Assembly: GCA_043101845.1 (NCBI GenBank)
Contig: JBICHN010000011.1
Location: 756,730 to 820,729 of the forward strand
Source: Phycisphaerales bacterium
Lineage (GTDB): Bacteria > Planctomycetota > Phycisphaerae > Phycisphaerales > UBA5793
Length of the DNA: 64,000 nucleotides
Direction: 5' to 3'
Part shown: positions 55,850 through 64,000 of the stretch, one piece after another
Layout: each line of letters begins with the position of its first letter
Position numbering within the stretch: position 1 is the stretch's first letter
Position numbers and translations under genes: made by a program
The notes under the pieces: generated by a model
The model's database searches: none
What the model was told of the DNA's origin: nothing
What the model saw: only the letters and a program-made list of their open reading frames with translations

Positions 55850-57475
55850 ATGTCCGAAGATTCCGCGTCGCGTTCGTACAGTCGACCGATCATCTGGGTG
55901 AGCGTCGCCGTCACGCTGATCGCGATCTACTTCCTTCTGCGGGCGCTGCCGGTCGAGCCGCTGATCGAAGAGTTCAAGTCATGGGTGGGCGGCTTTGGAG
56001 TGTGGGGGCCCGCGGCGCTCGCCGGGGTCTATGTGGTCTGGACCGTTTTCATGTTGCCGGGTTCGGCGCTCACCCTCGCCGCCGGCGCCTTGTTCGGACT
56101 CTTCTGGGGGACGCTCGCCGTGTCGATTGGCGCGACGACGGGCGCGACCATCGCGTTCCTCATCGCGCGGTATGTCGCGCGAAGCCGAGTCGAACGGATG
56201 GTTTCGAAATCGCCGAAGTTTGATGCGATCGACCAGGCGATTCGCGACGAGGGCTGGAAGATCGTCGCGCTCTTGCGACTGTCGCCCGCAGTCCCGTTCA
56301 ATCTGCAGAATTACTTCTACGGCCTTACCGCGATACGGTTGGCGCCGTATGTCGTCGCCAGCTACATCTTCATGCTTCCGGGGACTTTCGTGTTTGTCTA
56401 CATCGGTCATATCGGCGCCGAGTCCATCGCGGCGGCTGCGGCAAGTGACGGCTCGACGAACTGGCTGAAATGGGGGTTCTACGCCGTCGGTCTGGCGGCG
56501 ACCATCGCCGTGACATGGTTCGCCGCCCGACTGGCCTGGAAGGCGATCGCGGAACGCACCGACATCGACGAGGTCGACCGCGCCCAAACCGACAACGCAT
56601 CGGAATCCGCGGAGGGTCGACCTCTGCTCGCCACGATCGCCGTCGTGTGCGCGGTCGCGTCGGTCTCCCTCGCCGCCGTGGCTCACGCACGCGAGGAATC
56701 GATTGAGAGATTCATCGTCGGCCTCTTCGGTCCACCTCCGGTCGTCTCGGAAGAGGCGTATGAGCCACGTCCGGACGGGCCGACCTTTGATCACGGGGCG
56801 TTCGACGAACTTCTGCGTCGCCATGTGCGCGACGGTGGATGGGTCGACTACAGCGCGCTGCAGTCTGACGCCGACGCGCTCGACCGCTACATCGAGTCAT
56901 TGGCGAACGCCTCCTTCGACGAACTCGGTCGCAATGAGAAACTCGCGCTGCTCATCAACGGGTACAACGCGTTTACGCTCCGCTTGATCCTGGATTTCTA
57001 TCCCGTGGAATCCATCCGAAGGATCCCGTCGGATGAGCGATGGGAAGCGAAGCGATGGAACATCGGCGGCGAGATCTGGAGTCTGGACGAGATCGAGCAC
57101 GAACAGATTCGCCCGAAGTTCAAAGAGCCGCGTATCCACTTCGCGCTCGTTTGCGCCGCCGTCGGATGTCCTCCGCTTCGAGCCGAGGTATACGAGGGCG
57201 CCCGCCTCGATGAACAACTCGAGTCACAGACGAGTCTCGTGCATTCGAATCCTCGGTGGTTCCGTTTCGATTCGGCCACGAACCGCCTTGAGTTGACGAA
57301 ACTGTACGACTGGTACGGGAGCGATTTTGAATCGGACGACCGTACGGTCATCGAGTATGCGGCGCAATATTCGCCGGCGCTTCGCGACGCGCTCGATCGC
57401 GGCGTTGAGGTCGAACCGCGGTGGATCGATTACGACTGGTCACTGAACGATGTGACGAATCGACCCGATCGGTAA
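55850..57475 (+). CDS. Fusion protein: TVP38/TMEM64 (VTT/DedA-superfamily) membrane domain plus DUF547 domain
   Basis: N-terminal half: WGPAALAGVYVVWTVFMLPGSALTLAAGALFGLFWGTLAVSIGATTGATIAFLIARY...ALLRLSPAVPFNLQNYFYGLT. C-terminal half: VDYSALQSDADALDRYIESL...EKLALLINGYNAFTLRLILDFYP...EPRIHFALVCAAVGCPPLR. ATG 55850 is preceded by GAGGGA. Confidence 0.8.
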   Translation: MSEDSASRSYSRPIIWVSVAVTLIAIYFLLRALPVEPLIEEFKSWVGGFGVWGPAALAGVYVVWTVFMLPGSALTLAAGALFGLFWGTLAVSIGATTGATIAFLIARYVARSRVERMVSKSPKFDAIDQAIRDEGWKIVALLRLSPAVPFNLQNYFYGLTAIRLAPYVVASYIFMLPGTFVFVYIGHIGAESIAAAAASDGSTNWLKWGFYAVGLAATIAVTWFAARLAWKAIAERTDIDEVDRAQTDNASESAEGRPLLATIAVVCAVASVSLAAVAHAREESIERFIVGLFGPPPVVSEEAYEPRPDGPTFDHGAFDELLRRHVRDGGWVDYSALQSDADALDRYIESLANASFDELGRNEKLALLINGYNAFTLRLILDFYPVESIRRIPSDERWEAKRWNIGGEIWSLDEIEHEQIRPKFKEPRIHFALVCAAVGCPPLRAEVYEGARLDEQLESQTSLVHSNPRWFRFDSATNRLELTKLYDWYGSDFESDDRTVIEYAAQYSPALRDALDRGVEVEPRWIDYDWSLNDVTNRPDR

Positions 57476-57500
57476 GCCTCACTGAGCAGGTGGTGTACGA

Positions 57501-59042
57501 ATGAGTGTCGAGCAGATGGTCGATGATCTACCTCAGATCGAGCCGCTCGACGAGCATAACCGAGTGCTCGTCGGAAACACACATCCAACAGACTGGACGA
57601 ATCCGCAGCCGGCCGATCGCTACAACATGGTCGTGATCGGCGCCGGTACGGCTGGCCTTGTCACCGCGGCGGGAGCGGCCGGACTCGGGGCGCGGGTCGC
57701 GCTCATCGAACGGGCGCTCATGGGGGGCGACTGTCTCAATGTCGGGTGCGTCCCGTCCAAAGCGCTTATCCGGTGTTCTCGCGCTGTCGCCGATGCGCGT
57801 CACGCAGGCGCGTTCGGCGTCGAGGTCGAAGGAGACATCCAGGTTGATTTCGGCGCGGTGATGAAGCGCATGCGGCGTATTCGCGCCGCGATCAGTTCAC
57901 ACGACTCGGCCGCGCGATTTCGAGACCTCGGCGTCGATGTATTCATTGGACCGGGACGGTTTGCGGGTCCGGAGACGATCGAAGTAGACGGCGCGACACT
58001 TCGGTTCAGCCGCGCCTGCATCGCCACCGGCGCCCGGGCCGCCGTTCCTCCGATCGATGGGTTGCAGGAATCCGGATTCCTGACGAACGAGACCGTGTTC
58101 TCTCTGACTGAACTCCCCGGTCGGCTTGCGGTCCTCGGAGCAGGGCCGATCGGGTGCGAACTCGCGCAGGCGTTCTCCCGCTTCGGATCGCAAGTCACCG
58201 TCGTCGAGATGGGCGACCAGATCCTGGGGCGGGAGGATCGCGATGCGGCGGTCCGAGTGCACCGGGCGCTCGAGCGGGACGGTGTACAGTTTCGACTCGG
58301 CGCCCGGGTGGTCGGTGTTCGACGCACGGGCGACGGCAGGACGCTGCGTCTCGAGTTGAAGGACGGGACGAGCGAGGAGATTGAGGTGGATCAGCTTCTG
58401 CTCAGCGCAGGCCGCGCGCCGAATGTGGAAGGTCTTGGTCTTGATGAAGCTGGAATCGAGTTTGATACGAAGAAGGGCGTTCAAGTTGACGAACGCCTGC
58501 GCACGACGAATCGGCGAGTGTATGCGGCGGGTGATGTCTGCTTCGACTACAAGTTCACCCACACCGCCGATGCGATGGCTCGAATCGTCATTCAGAACGC
58601 GCTCTTCTTCGGTCGATCGAGAACGAGTGACCTCACCATTCCATGGTGCACCTACACCGATCCGGAGATCGCGCATGTCGGAATGTACCCGCGGCAGGCG
58701 GAGGAGCAGGGCATCGAGATCGACACTTATACGATCGAGTTCGACTCCGTCGATCGCGCTCGCCTCGATGGTGAACGAGACGGACTCCTCAAGGTTCATA
58801 CGAAGAAGGGCAAAGACAAGATCGTCGGCGCCACACTTGTCGCGCGGCATGCCGGCGAGATGATCTCCGAACTTACGCTCGCCATGGTCGCCGGCGCGGG
58901 ACTCGGGACGATCGCGCGGACGATACATCCCTATCCCACTCAGGCTGAGGCGATCAAGAAGGCGGGTGATCAGTACAACCGAACCCGACTCTCGCCGCGC
59001 GTGAAGTCCATCTTCGATACGATCATGCGATGGCGTCGCTAG
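57501..59042 (+). CDS. Class I pyridine nucleotide-disulfide oxidoreductase (mercuric reductase/dihydrolipoamide dehydrogenase-like)
   Basis: YNMVVIGAGTAGLVTAAGAAGLGARVALIE is the FAD GxGxxG motif. GGDCLNVGCVPSK is the redox CxxxxC motif. LAVLGAGPIGCELAQ is the NAD site. The C-terminal dimerisation domain is HPYPTQAEAIK. No N-terminal HMA metal-binding domain is present. Confidence 0.85.
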   Translation: MSVEQMVDDLPQIEPLDEHNRVLVGNTHPTDWTNPQPADRYNMVVIGAGTAGLVTAAGAAGLGARVALIERALMGGDCLNVGCVPSKALIRCSRAVADARHAGAFGVEVEGDIQVDFGAVMKRMRRIRAAISSHDSAARFRDLGVDVFIGPGRFAGPETIEVDGATLRFSRACIATGARAAVPPIDGLQESGFLTNETVFSLTELPGRLAVLGAGPIGCELAQAFSRFGSQVTVVEMGDQILGREDRDAAVRVHRALERDGVQFRLGARVVGVRRTGDGRTLRLELKDGTSEEIEVDQLLLSAGRAPNVEGLGLDEAGIEFDTKKGVQVDERLRTTNRRVYAAGDVCFDYKFTHTADAMARIVIQNALFFGRSRTSDLTIPWCTYTDPEIAHVGMYPRQAEEQGIEIDTYTIEFDSVDRARLDGERDGLLKVHTKKGKDKIVGATLVARHAGEMISELTLAMVAGAGLGTIARTIHPYPTQAEAIKKAGDQYNRTRLSPRVKSIFDTIMRWRR

Positions 59043-59812
59043 AGGAAACGAAATCATCGCTCACGGCGCCAACCGCTCGTCGAGCGGCGGAGGACGAGAA
59101 TCGTGGACACGACGGCGGTCGCGGAGTCCGGAGCATCTCGGTCATCATCCCTACGCTCAACGAGGCGACGGCGCTACCCGCCACGCTTGCGGCGCTGCAG
59201 GATTCCGAGATCGATGAGATCATCGTCGTAGATGGCGGCAGCGATGATGAGACGGTGGTGATTGCACGCGGCGCTGGAGCGCGCGTCGAGTTCGCGTCCC
59301 CCGGGCGAGGAAGCCAGATGAACGCGGGCGCCAGATTCGCGCGAGGCGAGATCCTCCTCTTTCTTCACGCCGATACCCGACCACCAGAGCGGTTTGACGC
59401 CCTCATTCGTACGGCGTTGAGGGAGAATCCAGATGCGGCGGCGGGCGCTTTCGCGCTTCGAATCGACGCGCCGGGGCGAGCGTTCCGAATCATCGAGCGC
59501 GCCGTCGCGTGGCGATCAAAGTGGCGACGCGCTCCATACGGTGATCAGGCGATCTTCGTGCCGGCGAACACCTTCGTAGCCCTTGGAGGGTTTCCGGATT
59601 GGCCGCTCCTCGAAGATGTGGAATTCCTCCGTCGGGTCCGCGCCGCAGGCGAGGTTGTCCTCGTCGGCGAACCCGTCATCACTTCCGCCCGTCGATGGCG
59701 TCGGCGCGGAGTCTGGCGCGCCATGCTTCTCAATCAGGCGATCCTCATCGCCTATCGACTTGGTGTTTCTCCACAACGGCTCGCCAAGATCCGTGGGCTC
59801 GAGCGCGGCTGA
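59030..59812 (+). CDS. Family 2 glycosyltransferase (small single-domain type resembling the rSAM/selenodomain-associated transferase 2 group)
   Basis: ISVIIPTLNEATALPATL, IIVVDGGSDDET, GRGSQMNAGA, LLFLHADTRPP, YGDQAIFVPANTFVALGGFPDWPLLEDVEFLRR, TSARRW. It overlaps the upstream oxidoreductase gene by 13 nt. Confidence 0.8.
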   Translation: MASLEETKSSLTAPTARRAAEDENRGHDGGRGVRSISVIIPTLNEATALPATLAALQDSEIDEIIVVDGGSDDETVVIARGAGARVEFASPGRGSQMNAGARFARGEILLFLHADTRPPERFDALIRTALRENPDAAAGAFALRIDAPGRAFRIIERAVAWRSKWRRAPYGDQAIFVPANTFVALGGFPDWPLLEDVEFLRRVRAAGEVVLVGEPVITSARRWRRRGVWRAMLLNQAILIAYRLGVSPQRLAKIRGLERG

Positions 59813-59857
59813 ACTGTTCCCCGCGTTTGTGACGCCGTGTCGCGTATCATGTGCCGC

Positions 59858-60910
59858 ATGGCGCGAGAACGAATCGTCACCGGTGAAACCGTCGAGCCCG
59901 AAGAGGAGGGTTTCAACTGGTCGTTGCGTCCTCAGTCGCTTGATGAATACATCGGTCAGCCGAACCTCGTCGAGAAGCTGCGTATCGCGATCGCTGCGGC
60001 GAAGATGCGCGGCGAGCCGATGGAGCATGTCCTCCTCCACGGTCCGCCGGGACTCGGCAAGACCACCCTTGCGCATGTCATCGCGAATGAAATGGGCGGT
60101 CGACTCCACCTCACTTCGGGTCCCGCGCTCACCCGCGCCGGCGATCTCGTCGGCACCTTGACCCGGGTCGAAGAAGGCGATGTCCTCTTCATTGACGAGG
60201 CGCATCGACTCCCCGCTGCGGTAGAGGAATACATCTACCCGGCGATGGAGGATTACCGGATCGATGTCTCCGTCGACTCCGGAATGCATTCGCGCACGGT
60301 CACGATCACACTCAAGCCGTTCACGCTCATCGGCGCCACGACCCGGGCCGGGCTCCTCTCCGGACCGCTGCGCAGCCGGTTCGGCATCGCCCATCATCTC
60401 GCGTACTACTCGGAGGACGAACTGCTCGTTATCGCCCGCCGGTCGGCGACGCTTCTGGGCATGACGGTCGGAAACGACGAGGGTCTTCGCACGCTCGCGC
60501 GGCGCAGCCGGGGGACGCCTCGGATCGTCAATCGTCTCCTGCGTCGCGTACGCGATTACGCCCAGGTCAATAACGACGGGCGGGTCGACGAGTCACTCGT
60601 CGACGAAGCGCTGGCTCTCGAACGGATCGACGCGATCGGTCTCGATGAACTCGATCGAAAGTACCTCTCCGTCGTCGCGACAACCTATGGAGGGGGCCCG
60701 GTCGGGCTCGAAGCAATCGCGGCGACGATGGGGGAGGACTCCGGAACGCTTGAGGATGTCGTCGAGCCCTATCTGCTGCAGGTCGGTTTTCTCGCGCGAA
60801 CTCGACGGGGTCGGGAACTCACCGAAGCGGGCGCGCGGCACATTGGTATCGCGTTGAAACGCGATCGAGACGAGTCTCTCTTCGACGACGGAGCCGAGGA
60901 TCGCGCGTGA
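59858..60910 (+). CDS. ruvB: Holliday junction branch migration DNA helicase RuvB
   Basis: LRPQSLDEYIGQ, LLHGPPGLGKTTLA, VLFIDEAHRL, FTLIGATTRAGLLSGPLRSRFG, RGTPRIVNRLLRRVRDYA, PYLLQVGFLARTRRGR. Confidence 0.95.
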   Translation: MARERIVTGETVEPEEEGFNWSLRPQSLDEYIGQPNLVEKLRIAIAAAKMRGEPMEHVLLHGPPGLGKTTLAHVIANEMGGRLHLTSGPALTRAGDLVGTLTRVEEGDVLFIDEAHRLPAAVEEYIYPAMEDYRIDVSVDSGMHSRTVTITLKPFTLIGATTRAGLLSGPLRSRFGIAHHLAYYSEDELLVIARRSATLLGMTVGNDEGLRTLARRSRGTPRIVNRLLRRVRDYAQVNNDGRVDESLVDEALALERIDAIGLDELDRKYLSVVATTYGGGPVGLEAIAATMGEDSGTLEDVVEPYLLQVGFLARTRRGRELTEAGARHIGIALKRDRDESLFDDGAEDRA

Positions 60911-60930
60911 CGGTCCCCGGGGTCGGTTCG

Positions 60931-62019
60931 TCAGCGGTTCGACTCTTCGAACTGCTCCATGAAATCGACGAGCGCGCGGCATCCTTCACGCGGGAAGGCG
61001 TTGTAGACGCTGGCGCGCATTCCGCCGACGGAACGGTGCCCCTTAAGGTTGACCAGGTTCTTCGCCGTCGCTTCGGCGATGAACTTCTTCTCGAGGTCCT
61101 CGTTCGGACCTCGGAAAGTAATGTTCATGCGCGAGCGGCTGTCGGGCTCGGCGGTTCCCCGGAAGAAGTCCGACTGGTCGAGGTAGTCGTAGATGATCGA
61201 CGCCTTGTCCTCGTTGTACTTCTGCATCGCCTCGAGACCGCCGAACTCCTTGATCCACTTGAACACCTGACCGATCACATAGATGCCGAAGGTGGGCGGC
61301 GTGTTGTAGAGCGAGCCCTTCTCGGCGTGCGTCCGATACTGAAGCATGGTCGGAAGATCGTCGCGGCCGGCCTCGATGAGATCCTCACGGATGATCACGA
61401 GCGTGACGCCCGAGGGCCCCAGGTTCTTCTGTGCGCCGGCGTAGATGACGCCGTAGTTCGAAATGTCGATCGGACGGCTGAAGATATCACTCGACGCGTC
61501 GCAGACGACCGGCGCCCCGTCCGGCGCCTCCGGCTCCCATTGCCACTGCGTGCCCGCGATCGTGTTGTTGCTCGTCACATGAACATACCGCGGCTCACTG
61601 GAATACTGAATCGCGTCATTCTTCGGAATGAAGGTGAACGACTTCTCCTCACTGCTCGCCGCGACATGAACCCCACCGAACAGCTTCGCTTCCTTCACCG
61701 CCTTCTTCGACCACGATCCGGTGACCACATAGTCCGCCGTTTGACCTTCGCGGAGCAGGTTCATCGGAATCATGAAGAACTGTGACGAGGCGCCTCCCTG
61801 AAGGAAGAGGATGCGGTATCGATCGGGGATTCCGGCGATTTCGCGGCAGTCGGCTTCGGCTTCTTCGATCACTTTCGTGAACGCGGCGCCGCGGTGACTG
61901 TGCTCCATGATGCCGATGCCCGTATGGTCAATGTCCCAGAGATCGCGCTGGGCATTCTTGATCACAGGCTCGGGAAGAATCGCGGGCCCGGCGGAGAAGT
62001 TGAACACGCGTTCGCTCAT
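60931..62019 (-). CDS. serC: Phosphoserine aminotransferase
   Basis: [61 protein letters not shown]. Confidence 0.95.
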   Translation of the reverse strand: MSERVFNFSAGPAILPEPVIKNAQRDLWDIDHTGIGIMEHSHRGAAFTKVIEEAEADCREIAGIPDRYRILFLQGGASSQFFMIPMNLLREGQTADYVVTGSWSKKAVKEAKLFGGVHVAASSEEKSFTFIPKNDAIQYSSEPRYVHVTSNNTIAGTQWQWEPEAPDGAPVVCDASSDIFSRPIDISNYGVIYAGAQKNLGPSGVTLVIIREDLIEAGRDDLPTMLQYRTHAEKGSLYNTPPTFGIYVIGQVFKWIKEFGGLEAMQKYNEDKASIIYDYLDQSDFFRGTAEPDSRSRMNITFRGPNEDLEKKFIAEATAKNLVNLKGHRSVGGMRASVYNAFPREGCRALVDFMEQFEESNR

Positions 62020-62073
62020 GGCGTCTTTCTCTCGAAGCGACGGAAGGGTGAGTCGGATGGTCCGGTTCGCCGG

Positions 62074-63279
62074 TCAATCCAATGCAGCGAGACTCACGCT
62101 GATGATGTTGTCGTTCCCGGATCGAATCTGGTCGATGGCGCCGTTCGGCGGCGCGTCGTCAATATGGACGCGGGCGCAGGTCGCCTCGGCGCCGTGGTAG
62201 ATGATGTTTTCGACCTCCTCGACATTGATCGAGTGATCGGCGAGCACATGGAAAACATGAGCGAGCACACCCGGGCGATTCCGGTGTCGAACCGAGAGCA
62301 CATGCGTCGCGCTGCTCCGCGCCAGGCGATTCACACAGTTCGGCACCTCACCGGACTCGAGGAATGACTCGACGATTCGAAGCGTCTCGTGTGCGATCGC
62401 GACCTGCGCCTGATCGGTCGACGCGCCGACATGGTGCGTGCCGTAAACGCCAGGTTCGTGCACGATCGGGTTCGAGAACTCCTTACCGGCGGCGGGTGGC
62501 TCGTTTTTATAGACATCGAGTCCCGCGCGAAGGCCCTTGTTGCGGATGCCGTCGCGCAACGCGTCCTCATCGATGACGGAGCCTCGACTCGTGTTGATGA
62601 GGTATGCGTCGGGCTTCATGGCCTCGATGAATGCCCGGTCAATGAGATTCTCCGTATCGGCGGTCGCCGCGACATTGATCGAAATCGCGTCGGCGACGCG
62701 TGCGACATCGAGCGGCGTCGCCGCATATTCGAGTCCGAGCGATTCCGCCTTCTCCGTGGTGAGGCTTCGCGACCACGCGACGACCTTCATTCCGAACGCT
62801 CGGGCGCGCGTGGCGACTTCGTATCCGATCTGTCCGAGCCCGACCACGCCGAGCGTCCGGCCGTGGAGGCCCCGGGCCTTCGCGTATTCCTTTTTGTTCC
62901 ACTTCCCGTCGCGCAGCTCCGCCGTCTGATCGGGCAGCCGCCGGTCGCAGCAGAGGAGCAGGCCCATGACGAGCTCCGCGACGGCGATCGAGTTCTTCCC
63001 CGGACAATTCGCGACGAAGATGCCGAGGCTCGAGGCTCGCCCGACATCGATCGTGTCGTACCCGGCTCCCGCCCGGATGATCAAGGCGAGTCGCCCGGCG
63101 GCTTCGAGGGCGGCGGCGGGAACCTTCGTGCTCCGCACGATGAGCACGCTCGGGTCGAGTTCCTTGATCTTCGCCGGGAGGTCGTCGGCCACGCCGGGGT
63201 GATACTCAACCTCACAGCCGAGTTCCTTCAGCCCGTCGATCCCGACCTGCTCGAACTTGTCCGCAATCAGAACCTTCAT
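62074..63279 (-). CDS. serA: D-3-phosphoglycerate dehydrogenase (with C-terminal ACT domain)
   Basis: MKVLIADKF, IIRAGAGYDTIDV, LGVVGLGQIGYEVA (NAD GxGxxG), INTSRGSVIDEDAL, GTHHVGAST. ACT-like tail LSVRHRNRPGVLAHVFHVLADHSINVEEV. The start was trimmed to 63279. Confidence 0.9.
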   Translation of the reverse strand: MKVLIADKFEQVGIDGLKELGCEVEYHPGVADDLPAKIKELDPSVLIVRSTKVPAAALEAAGRLALIIRAGAGYDTIDVGRASSLGIFVANCPGKNSIAVAELVMGLLLCCDRRLPDQTAELRDGKWNKKEYAKARGLHGRTLGVVGLGQIGYEVATRARAFGMKVVAWSRSLTTEKAESLGLEYAATPLDVARVADAISINVAATADTENLIDRAFIEAMKPDAYLINTSRGSVIDEDALRDGIRNKGLRAGLDVYKNEPPAAGKEFSNPIVHEPGVYGTHHVGASTDQAQVAIAHETLRIVESFLESGEVPNCVNRLARSSATHVLSVRHRNRPGVLAHVFHVLADHSINVEEVENIIYHGAEATCARVHIDDAPPNGAIDQIRSGNDNIISVSLAALD

Positions 63280-63359
63280 CGAGATTTCCCCCGAGACATG
63301 ACCATCCAATCGCGATTCAGGGTTCGGGACCGGACCCACCGCGCCGGCGTCCCCGTAGT

Positions 63360-64000
63360 TCAGTCCAGTGTATGCACGAGCAGCCCGCTGCGCAGCTTGG
63401 GTTCGAACCAGGTGCTCTTGGGCGGCATGACCATCTGCGCGTCGGCCACGGCGATGAGTTGGTCAATCGAAGTCGGATACATCGAGATCGCGCACGCCCA
63501 TTCGCCCGAATCCACGAGACGCTCGAGTTCTTTCGCGCCACGGATGCCGCCGACAAAGTCGATTCGCTCATCGGTCCGCACATCCTTGACGCCGAAAATC
63601 GGCTCGAGGACGCGATCTTCGAGGAGCGCCACATCGAGCGACTTGATCGGATCGTCCCGATCGATGCTCTCCGGCGGCAGGATGAGGCGGCGCCACTCGC
63701 CGTCGAGATAGAAGCAGAATGACCCCGGCTGGTCTGGAATCGGATCATCCGTGACCGCGAGGTCGCCGAGTTCCGACAGCATCGTGACGACTTCGTCTTC
63801 GCTCTGTCCGTTGAGATCACGGAGTATGCGATTGTACGAAAGGATATGGAGTTGGTCGGACGGGAAGAGCACGCTCAGAAACCAGTTGTACTCCTCGTCA
63901 CCCGTATGGTTCGGATTCGCCTTGCGACGCTCCTGCCCCGCGCGCCAGGCGCTCGCGGAGCGGTGATGGCCGTCGGCGACATATGCCGCGTCGATCGACT
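63360..64000 (-). CDS. DUF1015-family protein, 5' part beyond window edge
   Basis: The frame stays open to position 64000. The reverse translation near the edge gives VADGHHRSASAWRA, the DUF1015 DGHHR signature. The C-terminal part is MYPTSIDQLIAVADAQMVMPPKSTWFEPKLRSGLLVH. It lies upstream of serA-serC on the same strand. Confidence 0.75.
   Translation of the reverse strand, partial: SIDAAYVADGHHRSASAWRAGQERRKANPNHTGDEEYNWFLSVLFPSDQLHILSYNRILRDLNGQSEDEVVTMLSELGDLAVTDDPIPDQPGSFCFYLDGEWRRLILPPESIDRDDPIKSLDVALLEDRVLEPIFGVKDVRTDERIDFVGGIRGAKELERLVDSGEWACAISMYPTSIDQLIAVADAQMVMPPKSTWFEPKLRSGLLVHTLD

Noticed and set aside
63396-63412. A tRNA T-arm-like element CTTGG-GTTCGAA-CCAGG, with an upstream GTAGTTCAGT resembling a D-loop.
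   Set aside because: No complementary acceptor stem (TGCTCTT has no AAGAGCA partner) and no D-stem or anticodon arm can be drawn. The element lies inside the DUF1015 coding frame. I found no convincing tRNA anywhere in the window.

Overview
GC-rich, almost fully coding chromosomal window with about 50 CDS. I recognise no rRNA, tRNA, CRISPR array, transposase or integrase. Content is core housekeeping. It includes dnaA with a DnaA-box cluster upstream, and a fragmented cell-wall set: murE-murF-mraY contiguous, with an FtsW/RodA-type SEDS gene and murG elsewhere. Also present are thrS, lspA, accA, rho, mcsA-mcsB, mtnA, galE, xylB, miaB, ruvB, serC-serA, a fliD-fliS flagellar cap pair and an HDOD histidine kinase. 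Two tandem paralogs carry the [19 protein letters not shown] prepilin-type N-terminus (DUF1559-like). Together with the scattered dcw genes, a large exported ankyrin protein and the high GC, they suggest a Planctomycetota (Phycisphaerae-like) genome; this is inference only. Several gene pairs overlap by 4 nt (ATGA): murE/murF, rho/aminotransferase, mcsA/mcsB and miaB/grpB. Several convergent pairs abut or overlap with no room for terminators. I found no clean defence-island-like novel system. The most unusual items are: (1) an indolepyruvate-ferredoxin-oxidoreductase-family giant protein that appears to have lost its cofactor motifs, paired with an unknown polytopic membrane protein; (2) a DksA-like protein with a histone-H1-like lysine-rich N-terminal half and a lost zinc finger; (3) a DUF368 gene followed by an orphan ExbB/TolQ/MotA channel subunit; (4) a TVP38-DUF547 fusion / flavoprotein disulfide reductase / GT2 cluster; (5) an oversized FliD with about 4.5 internal modules. 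All family calls come from motif reading by eye; no searches were run. The ORF track uses ATG/GTG/TTG and the longest ORFs, so many starts were trimmed by me and remain uncertain.
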